The notes under the pieces were generated by a model. The model saw only the letters and a list, made by a program, of their open reading frames with translations. It did no database searches and was not told the DNA's origin. A program made the position numbers and the translations under genes. Source: the human T2T-CHM13v2.0 reference genome, Homo sapiens. Taken from it: a DNA stretch of 64,000 bases. The stretch's first letter is position 1. Every line of letters begins with the position of its first letter. Of the stretch, positions 48,491 to 64,000 are shown one piece after another. Where the stretch lies: the NCBI RefSeq assembly GCF_009914755.1, contig NC_060934.1; one strand, written 5' to 3'.

Positions 48491-49905
48491 AGCCCCAGTA
48501 CCCTCCTTGCATCTTCCTCAGGTCTGTCTAGGCTGGAAAGCTGTATTAACCTTAGAGCCCTTGTGAGTCTTGCAGCAAGTGCAGGTTTAGAGTGTTTTCT
48601 AGTGCTGAGATGGCTGCAGGACTCACAAGCCCAGGGAATACAACAGTCAGTTGGCTTAGAATCCCTGGAAGGCCCTCTGCAGGAGGACAGGCACAAACAA
48701 TGCCAGAGTGCAAAGACTGAAATAACCACTGAATCCCTCAATGCATAGACATTCTTACACTTCCACAAGCATCAATATTATTTAGGGAAATATGACCTCA
48801 CCAAATGGACAAAATAAGGTGCCAGAGACCAGCCCTAAAGTAATGGATGTGTGTGATCCCACAGACAAGGAATTCAAAATAGCTGTTTTAAGGAAGGTCA
48901 ATGAACTTCAAGAAAATGCAGAGAATCAATTCAGAAATTTATCGGAGAAATTTAAGAGAGGTTGAAATTTAAAAACTCAAAGAGAAATCCTGGAGGTAAA
49001 AAATACAATGAATAAAATAAAAAATGTGATAGAGGGCATCAGTAGCAGAATTGATCAGGCAGAAGAAAGAATAAGTGAGCTCAAAGATAGACTATTTGAA
49101 AATATAGTCAGAAGGGGGAAAAAGAATGAAAAGGAATGAAGAAAGCTTACAAAATGAAGCAACATCAAAAGAGTAAATATTTGGGTTATTGGAATTGAAG
49201 AAGGAACTGAGAAAGACAAAGGGGTAGAAAGATTATTCAAAAAAATAAGAGAAAACTTTCCAAAACCAACAATATTAGTATCTAGGTATAGGAAAGTCAA
49301 AGGTCACTAATCAGATTCAACTCTAATAAAAATACCCCCAAGATATAATCAAACTCTCAAAGGCCAAAGACAAACAGAAGATCTTGAAAGTGGCAAGAGG
49401 AAAAAAAAAATTACATATAATAGAGATCAGATACACCTGGCAGTATACTTCTCAGCAGAAACCCTACAGGCCAGGAGAGGGCATGATATATTCTGAGTGC
49501 TGAAGTGGGAAATAAATCAACCAATAGTACTGTACCTAGCAAAGTATTGTTCAGAAATGATGAAGAGATAAAGACTTTCCCAGACAAACAAAAGCTGAGG
49601 TAATTTATTGCTACATGACCTGTTGAACAAGAAATGCTAAAGGGAGCTCTTCAAACTGAAAGGAAAGGACAATAATGTGATTGTTATACTAATATTATAA
49701 AGATGGTGTTTGAACCACATATCTTAAGTAAGAATACTAAAAGACAAAACTATTTAAAAAATTTAAGATAGGCAATATAAAAAAATTTAGATTGTGACCA
49801 CAGAAATTCATAATGTGTGGGGAGAAGGGAGTTAATATGCACTTTTTTTGGTTTCTTTCTTTTCTTTTTGTGATCAAAGTTAAGTTGGTATCAGGTTTAA
49901 ATACA

Positions 49906-53355
<3,450 letters not shown>

Positions 53356-55471
53356 AAATACATGTTACAACTATGGGATGTGTTTTTTGTAAGCCCCATG
53401 GTAACTACATAGCAAAAAACTATAATGAATTCACCAAATGAAAAGCAACGAAATAAAACATACTACCAAAGAAAATCATTTAACCACAAAGGAAGATGGA
53501 AGAAAGGAAAGAAGGAATTAGACAACTAGAAAACAAGTAACAAAATGTCAGCAGTAAGTCCTTACCTGTCAAAAACACTGAAAGTAAATGGAATAAATTC
53601 TTCAATTAAAAGACATAATAGAGTGGCTGCATGGATTGAAAAAAAAAACAAGACCCAATGATATGCTGCCGAGAACAAACTCACTTCTATGAAGACACAC
53701 AGGAATTGAAAGTGAAGGGATGGATAAGACTATTCCATGTAAGTGGAAACCAAAAAAGAACAGGAGCAGCTATCCTTATGTAAAATAGACTTTAAGTAAA
53801 GAACTGTAAGAAGAGAAAGACAAGGTTATTGTAGAATGATAACAAGGTCAATTTAGCAACAAGATATAACAATAATCAATATATATGCACCCAACACTGG
53901 AGCACCCAAATATATAAACCAAATATTAATGGGTCTAAATGAAGATATAGACCGCAACACAATAATTGTAGGGAACTTCAATACCTCACTTTTGACAATG
54001 AACAAATTATCCAGGCAGAGAACCAACAAAGAAGCATGGGAGTTAAACTACATTCCATTAATAGACCACATTGATCTAAGAAGACATTTACAGAACATTC
54101 ATTCAACTGATGCAGAATACACGTTCTTCTTGTCAGCACATGCAATATTTTCCAGGATTAACCATATGCTAGGACACAAAACAAGTCTCAGCAAATTCAC
54201 AAAAGTAGAAATCATACCAAGTATCTTTTCTTATCACAACAGAATAAACCTAGAAATCAGTAACAAGAAGAATGTTAGAAACTTACAAATACATGGAAAT
54301 TAAACAACATGCTTCTAAACAACCAATAGGTCAATGAAGAAAATAAGAAGAAAATTTAAAAAATTTATTGAAATAAATGGAAATGGAAGCACAACATATC
54401 AGAATCTATGAGATACAGTAAAATTGGTACTAAGATGAAGTGTATAGCAATAAATGCCCACATCAAAAAAATAGGAAGACTCCAAATAAACAACCTAATG
54501 ATGCACCTCAAGGAACTGGAAAAGAACAAACCAAATCCCAAATTAGTAGACAAAAAGTAATAATAAATATCAGAACAGAAATAAGTGAATTTGAGACTAA
54601 GAAAATAAAGATTAACAAAATGTAAAGTTGGTTTTTTGAAAATATAAACGACATTGACATACTTTTACCTGGACTGATTAATAAGAAAGAGAGTAGGCAC
54701 AAAATAAATAAAATCAGAGACAAACAGAAACATTGTAACTGATGCTACAGAAATACAAAGATCATTAGAGACTACTATGAACAATTACATGCCAACACAT
54801 TGGAAAACCTAGAAGAAATGGAGAAATTCCTGGATACATACCACCTAGCAAGATTGAATCATGAAATAATTAAAAACCTTAACAGATCATTAATGAGTAA
54901 CAAGATAGAGGTAGTAATAAAAATCTTCCATCGAAGGAAAACCCAGAACCCTATGGCTTCACTGCTGAATTCTATGAGACATTTAAAGAAGAATGAACAC
55001 CAATTCTACTGAATTCTTCAGAAAATTGAAGAGGTGAACTACTTCCAAACTTATTACATGATACCAGCATTTCCCTGATGCCAAAGCCAGAAAAGAACAC
55101 AACAACAACATTTTTCCGACTAATATCTCTGATGAACATACATGTTCCTCAAGAAAACACCAGCAAACTGAATTCAACAACACATTAAAAAGATCATTCA
55201 CCATGATCAAGTGGAAATTATCCCATGGATGCAAAGATGGTTCAACATAAGCAAACAAATAAACATGATACATTATCAACATAATCAAAAGCAGAAATCA
55301 TATGGTCATTTCAATCATATTGAAAAAGCATTCAATAAAATTCAACTTCCTTTTATAAGAACCCTCAATAAATTGGGTATGGAAGAAGCATACTTCAACA
55401 ACATGATAAAGGACATATATGATAAGCCCACAGCTAATATCATACTAAATGGGGAAAAATCGAAAGCCTTT

Positions 55472-55520
55472 TGTAGGAAAACAGCCTGTTATATGGCAAA
55501 GAGTGATGCCATCAGGACTG
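55472..55520 (+). mobile_element. 5' start of an ERV1-like LTR that continues at about 61962
   Basis: TGTAGGAAAACAGCCTGTTATATGGCAAAGAGTGATGCCATC abruptly replaces the old L1 ORF2; family unresolved. Confidence 0.5.
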
Positions 55521-55521
55521 A

Positions 55522-58500
55522 TTTTTCTTTTTAATTATACTTAAGCTCTGGGATATATATGCAGCACGTGCAGGTTTGTTACATAGGTATACATGTGCCA
55601 TGGTGGTTTGCTGTACCCATCAACCCCATCATCTACATTGGATATTTCTCCTAATGCTATCCCTCCCCTTACCCTCTACCCCCCAACAGGCCCCAGTGTG
55701 TGATGTTCCCATTTCTGTGCCCATATGTTCTCATTGTTCAACTCCCACTTATGAGTGAGAACATACAGTGTTTGATTTTCTGTTCCTGTGTTAGTTTGCT
55801 GAGAATGATGGTTTCCAGCTTTGTCCATGTCCCTGCAAAGGACATGAACTCATTCTTTTTTATGACTGCACAGCATTCCATGGTGTATATATGCCACATT
55901 TTCTTTATCCAGTCTATCATTAATGGGCATTTGGGTTGGTTCCAAGTCTTTGCTATTGTGAATAGTGCTGCAATAAACATACGTGTGCATGTATCTTTAT
56001 AGTAGAATGATTTATAATCCTAATCCTTTGGGTATATACCCAGTAATGGGTTTGCTGGGTCAAATGGTATTTCTAGTTCTAGGTCCTTGAGGAATCACCA
56101 CACTGTCTTCCACAATGGTTGAACTAATTTACACTCCCACCAACAGTGTAAAAGCCTTCCTATTTCTTCACATCCTCTCCAGCATCTGTTGTTTCCTGAC
56201 TTTTTAATGATCACCATTCTAACTGGTGTGAGATGGTATCTCATTGCAGTTTTGATTTGTGTTTCTCTAATGACCAGTGACGATGAGCTTTTTTTCATAT
56301 GTTTCTTGGCCGCATAAACGTCTTCTTTTGAAAAGTTTCTGTTCATATAATTCGCCCACTTTTTGCTGGGTTTGTTTTCTTCTTGTAGATTTGTTTAAGT
56401 TTCTTGTAGATTCTGGATATTAGCCCTTTGTCAGACGGATAGATTGCAAAAATGTTCTCCCATTCTGTAGGCTGCCTATTCACTCTGATAGTTTCCTTTG
56501 CTGAGCAGAAGCTCTTTAGTTTAATTAGATCCCATTTGTAAACTTTGGCTTTTGTTGCAGTTGTTTTTGGTGTTTTAGTCATGAAGTCTTTGCCCATGTC
56601 TATGTCCTGAATGGTATTGCCTAGGTTTTCTTCTAGGGTTTTCATGGTTTTAGGTTTTATGTTTAAGTCTTTAATCCATCCTGAGTTAATTTTTGTATAA
56701 GGCATAAGGAAGGGGTCTAGATTCAGTTTTCTGCATATGGCTAGCCAGTTTTCCCAACACCATTTATTAAATAGGGAATCCTTTCCCCATTGCTTGTTTT
56801 CATCAGGTTAGTCAAAGATCAGATGGTTGTAGATATGTGGCATCAATTCTGAGGCCTCTGTTCTGTTCCATTGGTCTATATATCTATGTAGCAGTAACAA
56901 ACTGTTTTGCTTACTGTAGCTTTGTAGTATAGTTTGAAGTCAGGTAGCACAATGCCTCCAGATTTGTTCTTTTGCTTAGGATTGTCTTGGCTATATGGGC
57001 TCTTTTTTGGTTCCATATGAAATTTAAAGTAGTTTTTTCCAGTTCTGTGAAGAAAGTCAATGGTAGCTTGATGGGAATAGCATTGAATCTATAAATTACT
57101 TTGGGCAGTTTGGCCATTTTCACAATATTGATTCTTCCTATCCATAAACATGGATTTTTTGTTTCCATTTGTTTTGTTCTCTCTTATTTCCTTGAGCAGT
57201 GGTTTGTTGTTCTCCTTGAAGAGGTCCTTCATATTCCTTGTAAGTTGGATTCCTAGATATTTTATTCTCTTTGTAGCAATTGTGAGTGGGAGTTTACTCA
57301 TGATTTGGCTCTCTGTTTGTCTGTTATTGGTGTATAGGAATGCTTGTGATTTTTGAACTTTCATTTTGTATCCTGAGACTTTGCTGAAGTTGCTTACCAG
57401 CTTAAGGAGTTTTTGGGCTGAGATGGTAGGGTTTTCTAAATATGCAATCATGTCATCTGCAAACAGAGATAATTCGACTTCCCCTCTCTTTTTATTTAAA
57501 TACCCTTTATTTCTTTCTCTTGCCTGATTGCGCCAGCCAGAACTTCCAATACTATGTTGAATAGGAGTGGCAAGAGAGGGCATCCTTGTTTTGTGCTGGT
57601 TTTCAGAGGGAAAGCTTTTGCCCATTCAGTGTGATATTGGCTATGGGTTTGTCATGAATAGCTATTATTTTGAAATATGTTCATTAATACCTAGTTTATT
57701 GACTGTTTTTAGCATGAAGTGGTGGTCAATTTTATTGATGGTCTTTTCTGCATCTATTGAGATAATCATGTGGTTTTTGTTACTGGTTCTTTGATGGATT
57801 ATGTTTATTGATTTGCATATGTTGAACCAGCCTTGCATCCCAGGGATGAAGCCAAATTGATCATGGTGGATGAGTTTTTAATGTGCTGCTGGATTTGGTT
57901 TCCCAGTATTGTATTGAGGATTCTTGCATAGATGTTCATGAGAGGTATTGGCCTGAAATTTTTTTTTGTTGTATCTCTGCCAGGTTTTTGTATCAGGATG
58001 ATGCTGGCCTCATAAAAAGAGTTAGGGAGGAGTCCTTCTTTTTCTATTGTTTGGAAAAGTTTTAGAAGGAATGGTACCAGCTCCTCTTTGTACCTCTGGT
58101 AGAATTCGGCTCTGCATCTGTCTGGCCCTGGGCTTTTTTTGGTTGGCAGGCTATTAACTACTGCCTTAATTTCAGAACTTGTTATTGGTCTATTCAGGGA
58201 TTCGACTTCTTCCTGGTTACTCTTGGGAGGGTGTATATGTCCAGGAATTTATCCATTTCTTCTAGATTGTCTAGTTTATTTGCATAGAGGTGTTTATAGC
58301 ATTCTCTGATGTTAGTTTTTATTTCTATGGGATCAGTGGTGATATCCCTTTTACCATTTTTTTATTGTGTCTATTTGATTCTTCTCTCTTTTCTTCTTTA
58401 TTAGTCTGGCTAGTGTTCTCTCTATTTTGTTAATCTTTTCAAAAAACCAGCTCCTGGATTGTTTTTTAAAAGGTTTTTTTGTGTCTCTATCTCCTTCAGT

Positions 58501-61500
58501 TCTTCTCTGATCTTAGTTATTTCTTGTCTTCTGCTAGTTTTTGAATTTGTTTGCGCTTGCTACTCTAGTTGTTTTAATTGTGATGTTAGGGTGTGGATTT
58601 TAGATCTTTCCTCCTTTCTTCTGTGGGCATTTAGTGATATAAATTTTCCTTTTAACACTGCTTTAGCTGTGTCCTAGAGATTCTGGTACATTGCGTCTTT
58701 GTTCTCCTTGGTTTCCAAGAACTTATTTATTTCTGCCTTAATTTCGTTATTTACCCAGTAGTCATTCTGGAGCTGGTTGTTCAGTTTCCATGTAGTTGTG
58801 TGGTTTTGAGTGAGTTTCTTAATCCTGAGTTCTAATTTGATTGCAATGTGGTCTGACAGACTGTTATGATTTCAATTTTTTTGCATTTGCTGAAGAGTGT
58901 TTTACTTCCAATTATGTGTCAATTTTAGGATAAGTGCTATGTGGTGCTAAGAAGAATGTATATTCTGTTTATTTGGGGTGGAGAGTTCTGTAGCTGTCTA
59001 TTAGGTCTGCTTGGTCCTGAGCTAAGTTCAAGTCCTGAATATCCTTGTTAATTTTCTCTCTTCCTGATCTGTCTAATATTGACAGTGGTGTGTTAAAGTC
59101 TCCCACTATTATTGTGTGGGAGTCTAAGTCTCTTTGTAGGTCTCTAAGAATTTGTTTTATGAATCTGGGTGCCCCTGTATTGGCTGCATATATATTTAGG
59201 ATGGTTAGCTCTTCAAGTTGCATTGATCCCTTTACTATTATGTAATGCCCTTCTTTGTCGTTTTTGATCTTTGTTGGTTTAACGTCTGTTTTATCATAGA
59301 CTAGGATTGCAGCCCCTGCTTCTTTTTGCTTTCCATTTGCTTGGTAAATCTTCCTCCATCCCTTTATTTTGAGACTATATGTGTCTTTGCCCATGAGATG
59401 GGTCTCCTGAATATAGCACACTGATGGGTCTTGACTCTTTTTGCAATTTGCCAGTCTGTGTCTTTTAATTGAGGCATTCATCCCATTTACATTTAAGGTT
59501 AATATTGTTATGTGTGAAGTTGATCCTGTCATTTTGATGTTAGCTGTTTATTTTGCCCATTAGTTGATGCAGTTTCTTGATTGTTTTGCTGGTCTTTACA
59601 TTTTGGTATGTTTTTGCAGTGGCTGGTACTGATTTTTCCTTTCCATGTTTAGTGCTTCCTTCAGGAGCTCTTGTAAGGCAGGCCTGGTGGTGACCAAATC
59701 CCTCAGCATTTGCTTGTTTGTAAAGGATTTTATTTCTCCTTCACTTATGAAGCTGAGTTTGGCTGGATATGAAATTCTGGGTTGAAAATTCTTTTCTTTA
59801 AGAATGTTGAATATTGGCTCTCACTCTCCTCTTGATTTCTAGGGTTTCTGCAGAGAGATCTGCTGTTAGTCTGATGGGCTTCTCTTTGTGGGTAACCCAA
59901 TCTTTCTGTCTCTCTGGTTACCCTTAATATTTTTTCCTTCATTTCAATCTTGGTGAATCTGATGATTATGTGTCTTGGTGTTTCTCTTCTCGAGGAGTAT
60001 CTTAGTGGTGTTCTCCGTATTTCCTGAATTGGAATGTTGGCCTGTCTTGCCAGGTTGTGGCAGTTCTCCTGGATAATATCCTGAAGTGTGTTTTCCCACT
60101 TGGTTCCATTCTTCCTGTCACTTTCAGGGACCCCAATCAATTGTAGGTTTGGTCGTTTCACATAGTCCCATATTTCCTGGAGGCTTTGTTCATTCCTTTC
60201 CATTCATTTTTCTCTAATCTTGTCTTCATGCCTATTTCAGTAAGTTGATCTTCAATCTCTGATACCCTTTCTTCTACTTGATCGATTCAGCTATTTACAC
60301 TTGTGTATGCCTCATGAAGTTCTTGTGCTGTGTTTTTCAGCTCCATCAGGTCATTTATGTTCTTCTCTAAACTGGTTATTCTAGTTAGCAGTTCTTGTAA
60401 CCTTTTAACATTTCTTAGCTTCCTTGTATCGGGTTAGAACATGCTCCTTTAGCTTGGAGGAGTTTGTTCTTACCCACTTTCTGAAGCCTACTTCTGTCAA
60501 TTCCTCAAACTCATTATCTGTCCAGTTTTTTTCCCTTGCTGGCAAGGAGTTTTGATCCTTTGGAAGAGAAGAGGCATTCTGGTTTTTCAAATTTTCAGCC
60601 TGTTTGCTCTGGTTTTTCCTCATCTTTGTCGATTTGTCTACCTTTGGTCTTTGATGTTGGTGACCTTCAGATGGGTTTTTTGAGTGGTTGTCCTTTTTGT
60701 TGATGTTGATGCTATTGCTTTTGTTTGTTAGTTTTTCTTCTAACAGTCAGGCCCCTCTTCTGCAGGTATGCTGGAGTTTGCTGGTGGTCCACTCCAGACC
60801 CTGTTTGCCTGGGTATCACCAGGGAGGCTGCAGAACAGCAAAGATTGCTGTCTGCTCCTTCCTCTGGAAGCTTCGTCCCAGAGGGGCACCTGTCACATGC
60901 CACCCAGAGCTTTCCTATATGAAGTGTCTGTAGTCCCCTGCTGGGAGGTGTCTCCCCATCAGAGGCACGGGGCTCAGGGACCCACTTGAGGAGGCAGTCT
61001 GTCCCTTAGCAGAGCTTGAGTGCTGTGCTAGGAGATCTTCTGCTCTCTTCAGAGCTGGCAGGCAGGAATGTTTAGGTCTGCTGAAGCTGTGCCCACAGTT
61101 GCTACTTTCCCCAGGTGCTCTGTCCCAAGGAAATGGGAGTTTTATGTATAAGTGCCTGACTGGGGCTACTGCCTTTCTTTCAGAGATGCCCTGCCCAGAG
61201 AAGAGGAATCTAGAGAGGCAGTCTGGCTACAGTGGCTTTGTGGTGCTGCAGTGGGCTCTGCCCAGTCTGAACTTCTTGACGGCTTTGTTTACCCTATGAG
61301 AGGATAACGGGCTACTCAAGCCTCAGTAATGGTGGATGCCCCACCCCCACCAAGCTCAAGTGTCCCAGGTCAACTTCAGACTGCTGTGCTGGCAGCTTGA
61401 ATTTCAAGCCTGTGGATCTTAGCTTGTTGAGCTCCATGGGGGTGGGATCCACTAAGCAAGACCACTTGGCTCCCTGGCTTCAGCCCCCTTTCCAGGGGAG

Positions 61501-61960
61501 TGAATGGTTCTGTCTTGCTGGTGTTCCAGGCACCACTGGGGTATGAAAAAAAAAACTCCTGCAGCTAGCTCATTGTCTGCCCAAATGGCCTCCCAACTTT
61601 GTGCTTGAAACCCAGGGCCCAGGTCGTGTAGGTGCCCGAGGGATTCTCCTGGTCTGTGGGTTGCAAAGACAGTGGGAAAAGCATAGTATCTGGGCCAGAT
61701 AGCTCCATCCCTCACAGCACAGTCCCTCAGAGCTTCCCTTGGCTAGGGGAGAGAGTTCTCTGACCCCTTGCACTTCCCAGGTGAGGCAATGCCCCACACT
61801 GCTTCTGCTTGCCTTCTGTGGGCTGCACTCACTGTCTAACCAGTCCCAGTGAGATGAGCCAGGTACCTCAGTTGGAAATGCAGAAATAACCTCCCTTCTG
61901 TGTTGGTCTCACTGGGAGCTGCAGACCAGAGCTGTTCCTATTTGGCCACCTTGCCTGGGC
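55522..61960 (-). mobile_element. Full-length inactive L1 (L1PA7/8A-type), antisense
   Basis: ORF2 start MTGSTSHITILTLNVNG (59532); ORF1 fragments (60623, 60203); 5' end gagctgttcctatttggccaccttg; 3'UTR at 55522-55720. Confidence 0.96.
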
Positions 61961-62166
61961 AACCATGACTGGTGTTTGACTCCTGCTTACCAAAGCATTC
62001 CTGTAGCATAGATTATCCTTTTAAGTGTTCTACCTTCCAGCTATGCCTGCTATTCATAAATTAAATAATTGAAAGCTGAATGCTTTCTTTGCCCTATTTA
62101 TTAAAGGCCTTGCAACAATTTGAATATATGACCTTTCAAACCTCATGATGAAACTTTATTCCTAGA

Positions 62167-62310
62167 ATGGGTATGGTGGCTCATATCTGTAATCCCAGCA
62201 CTTTGGGAAGCCAAGGTGGGGAGGATCTCTTGAGGTCAGGAGTGCAAGACCAGCCTAGGATAAAATGTGAGATCCTGTATTTACAAAAAATAAAAATAAA
62301 GGTGAAAAAT
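62167..62310 (+). mobile_element. Alu left monomer (FLAM/AluJ)
   Basis: gggtatggtggctcatatctgtaatcccagcactttgggaagccaagg...A-rich end. Confidence 0.85.
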
Positions 62311-62474
62311 ATTTTAAAAATTGATCCCCCTTGTTGGAGGTGGGGCCTAATGGGACACTTTTGGGTCATGGGGGTGGATCCCTCATGAATGGCTTAGTGC
62401 TGTTTTTGTGGTAATGAGAGAGTCCTCACTCTATTAGTTCCCACAAAATCTAGTAGTTGAAAAGAGCCTGGCAC

Positions 62475-62854
<380 letters not shown>

Positions 62855-63010
62855 TTATGAGTAGAAGCAGGTTGAAGCCCTTACCAGAGGCAAATGCTGG
62901 CACCATGCTTTTTGTACAGTCTGCAAAATCATGTGTCAAATAATCCTCTTTTCTTTATAAATTACCCAGCCTCAGGTATTCCTTTATGACAACACAAATT
63001 GACAAAGACA

Positions 63011-63933
63011 GGGCTTAAGTCAGTAATCTAATTAAGAAGCAAGCTAAACTGAAAGAAAAACCATGTATAAAACTAAATCGGTCTCTAAAATACAACTTTC
63101 TGGCATTTAGCTGGCTATTTTGAAACTCTGGCTGGCTATTTTGTAAAAGGAATTCACATTTATAAAGGAAATCTGCAGTTGTAAGGGCATCTCCCTCTCC
63201 ACACCTAAAGCACTAGAAACTATTACAGTGGGGAAGACAGAAGACATTGGCTTAAAGTTTACATAACAAATCTTATTTTTGTTTAAGATATGTTTCCTGG
63301 CAATCATGTCTTGCCTGGACTTTTGTCTATGCCCTTCTTTGTCTCAGCAGATTGTGGTGTTTAGAGCTAAGTTCTGTGCCTTTATGATGTAAATTTTTAC
63401 CCAAGAGTCATGTCTTGGGAAGTATAAACTTAGGGCTGCCTAGCTAACAATTGTTTAGAGCAATTGAACAGGTAATTAAAAGATGGATACTCTAAGGGGT
63501 GGGGAGATACTATTTGAACACAGGTAAATGAAGAATCTTATAAAGTTATTATGATCGGCTTCCATGTGTCTGTGTGTCTATATGTTTATATGTGTCATGT
63601 GTATATGATATTTCGCTACCAAAATATGGAAAGAAGCTCTAATAATTGGCTTAAAGAAAAGGTAAGCAATTAAATCAAATATTTTATCAGGAAAAATAGA
63701 AACTCACTGAAATGCCTTTTAGTTCATGTGAGTTTAGTAATCTTTGGTAAATATAACTAATTTTTAAGTTGTTAGTAAAATAGAAATGTCTTCAGAATTG
63801 TCGGAATTAAATATAACTCAGATATTTTTACTTGGATCTACTTGTTGGACAGGTTTAGGCTATCTCTGCTGGATTTTCTCAAGGTCATAAAACTTGCTTC
63901 TGTGATTTTCGATACTTGTCAGACTTGTCTGTG
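63011..63933 (+). mobile_element. ERV1 (MER4-group-like) internal sequence
   Basis: tacaactttctggcatttagctggctattttgaaac, aaatcaaatattttatcaggaaaaatagaaac, tttagtaatctttggtaaat; family recalled, not searched. Confidence 0.55.
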
Positions 63934-63934
63934 A

Positions 63935-64000
63935 CTTTTTTATTTTATTTTGAGACGGAGTCTCGCTCTGTAGCCCAGACTGGAGTGCATGGCGTGATCT
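63935..64000 (-). mobile_element. Alu 3' end, truncated by the window edge
   Basis: ttttgagacggagtctcgctctgtagcccagactggagtgca. Confidence 0.93.

Overview
This is primate (human or great-ape-like) genomic DNA, intergenic or deep-intronic, with no recognisable host protein-coding exon. It is mostly transposable elements: about 20 Alus (J, S, Y, one AluYe5-like); solo LTRs (THE1, MLT1, MLT2, MST, LTR12, and an HERV-K LTR5 nested inside a p53-site-bearing LTR10); DNA transposon relics (MER58B, MER8, MER44A, MER5, MER104, Zaphod); MIR and L2 remnants; and a dense L1 cluster at about 37-62 kb. Family names come from recalled consensus sequences, not a database search. The best observation is an L1PA4/5-type insertion (49906-53355) with an intact 5' end, poly(A) tail and target-site duplication (TSD). 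It jumps from 5'UTR nt ~249 directly into ORF2 at a junction compatible with GT..AG splicing, so it is probably a retrotransposed spliced L1 RNA that used a non-canonical donor/acceptor pair. Other notable structures: a full-length L1 carrying a self-templated copy of its own ORF2 segment; an Alu and an L1 inserted sequentially at one site (three TSD copies); and two inverted full-length L1PA8-type elements sharing unusual variants. I see no evidence for a new protein-coding system.
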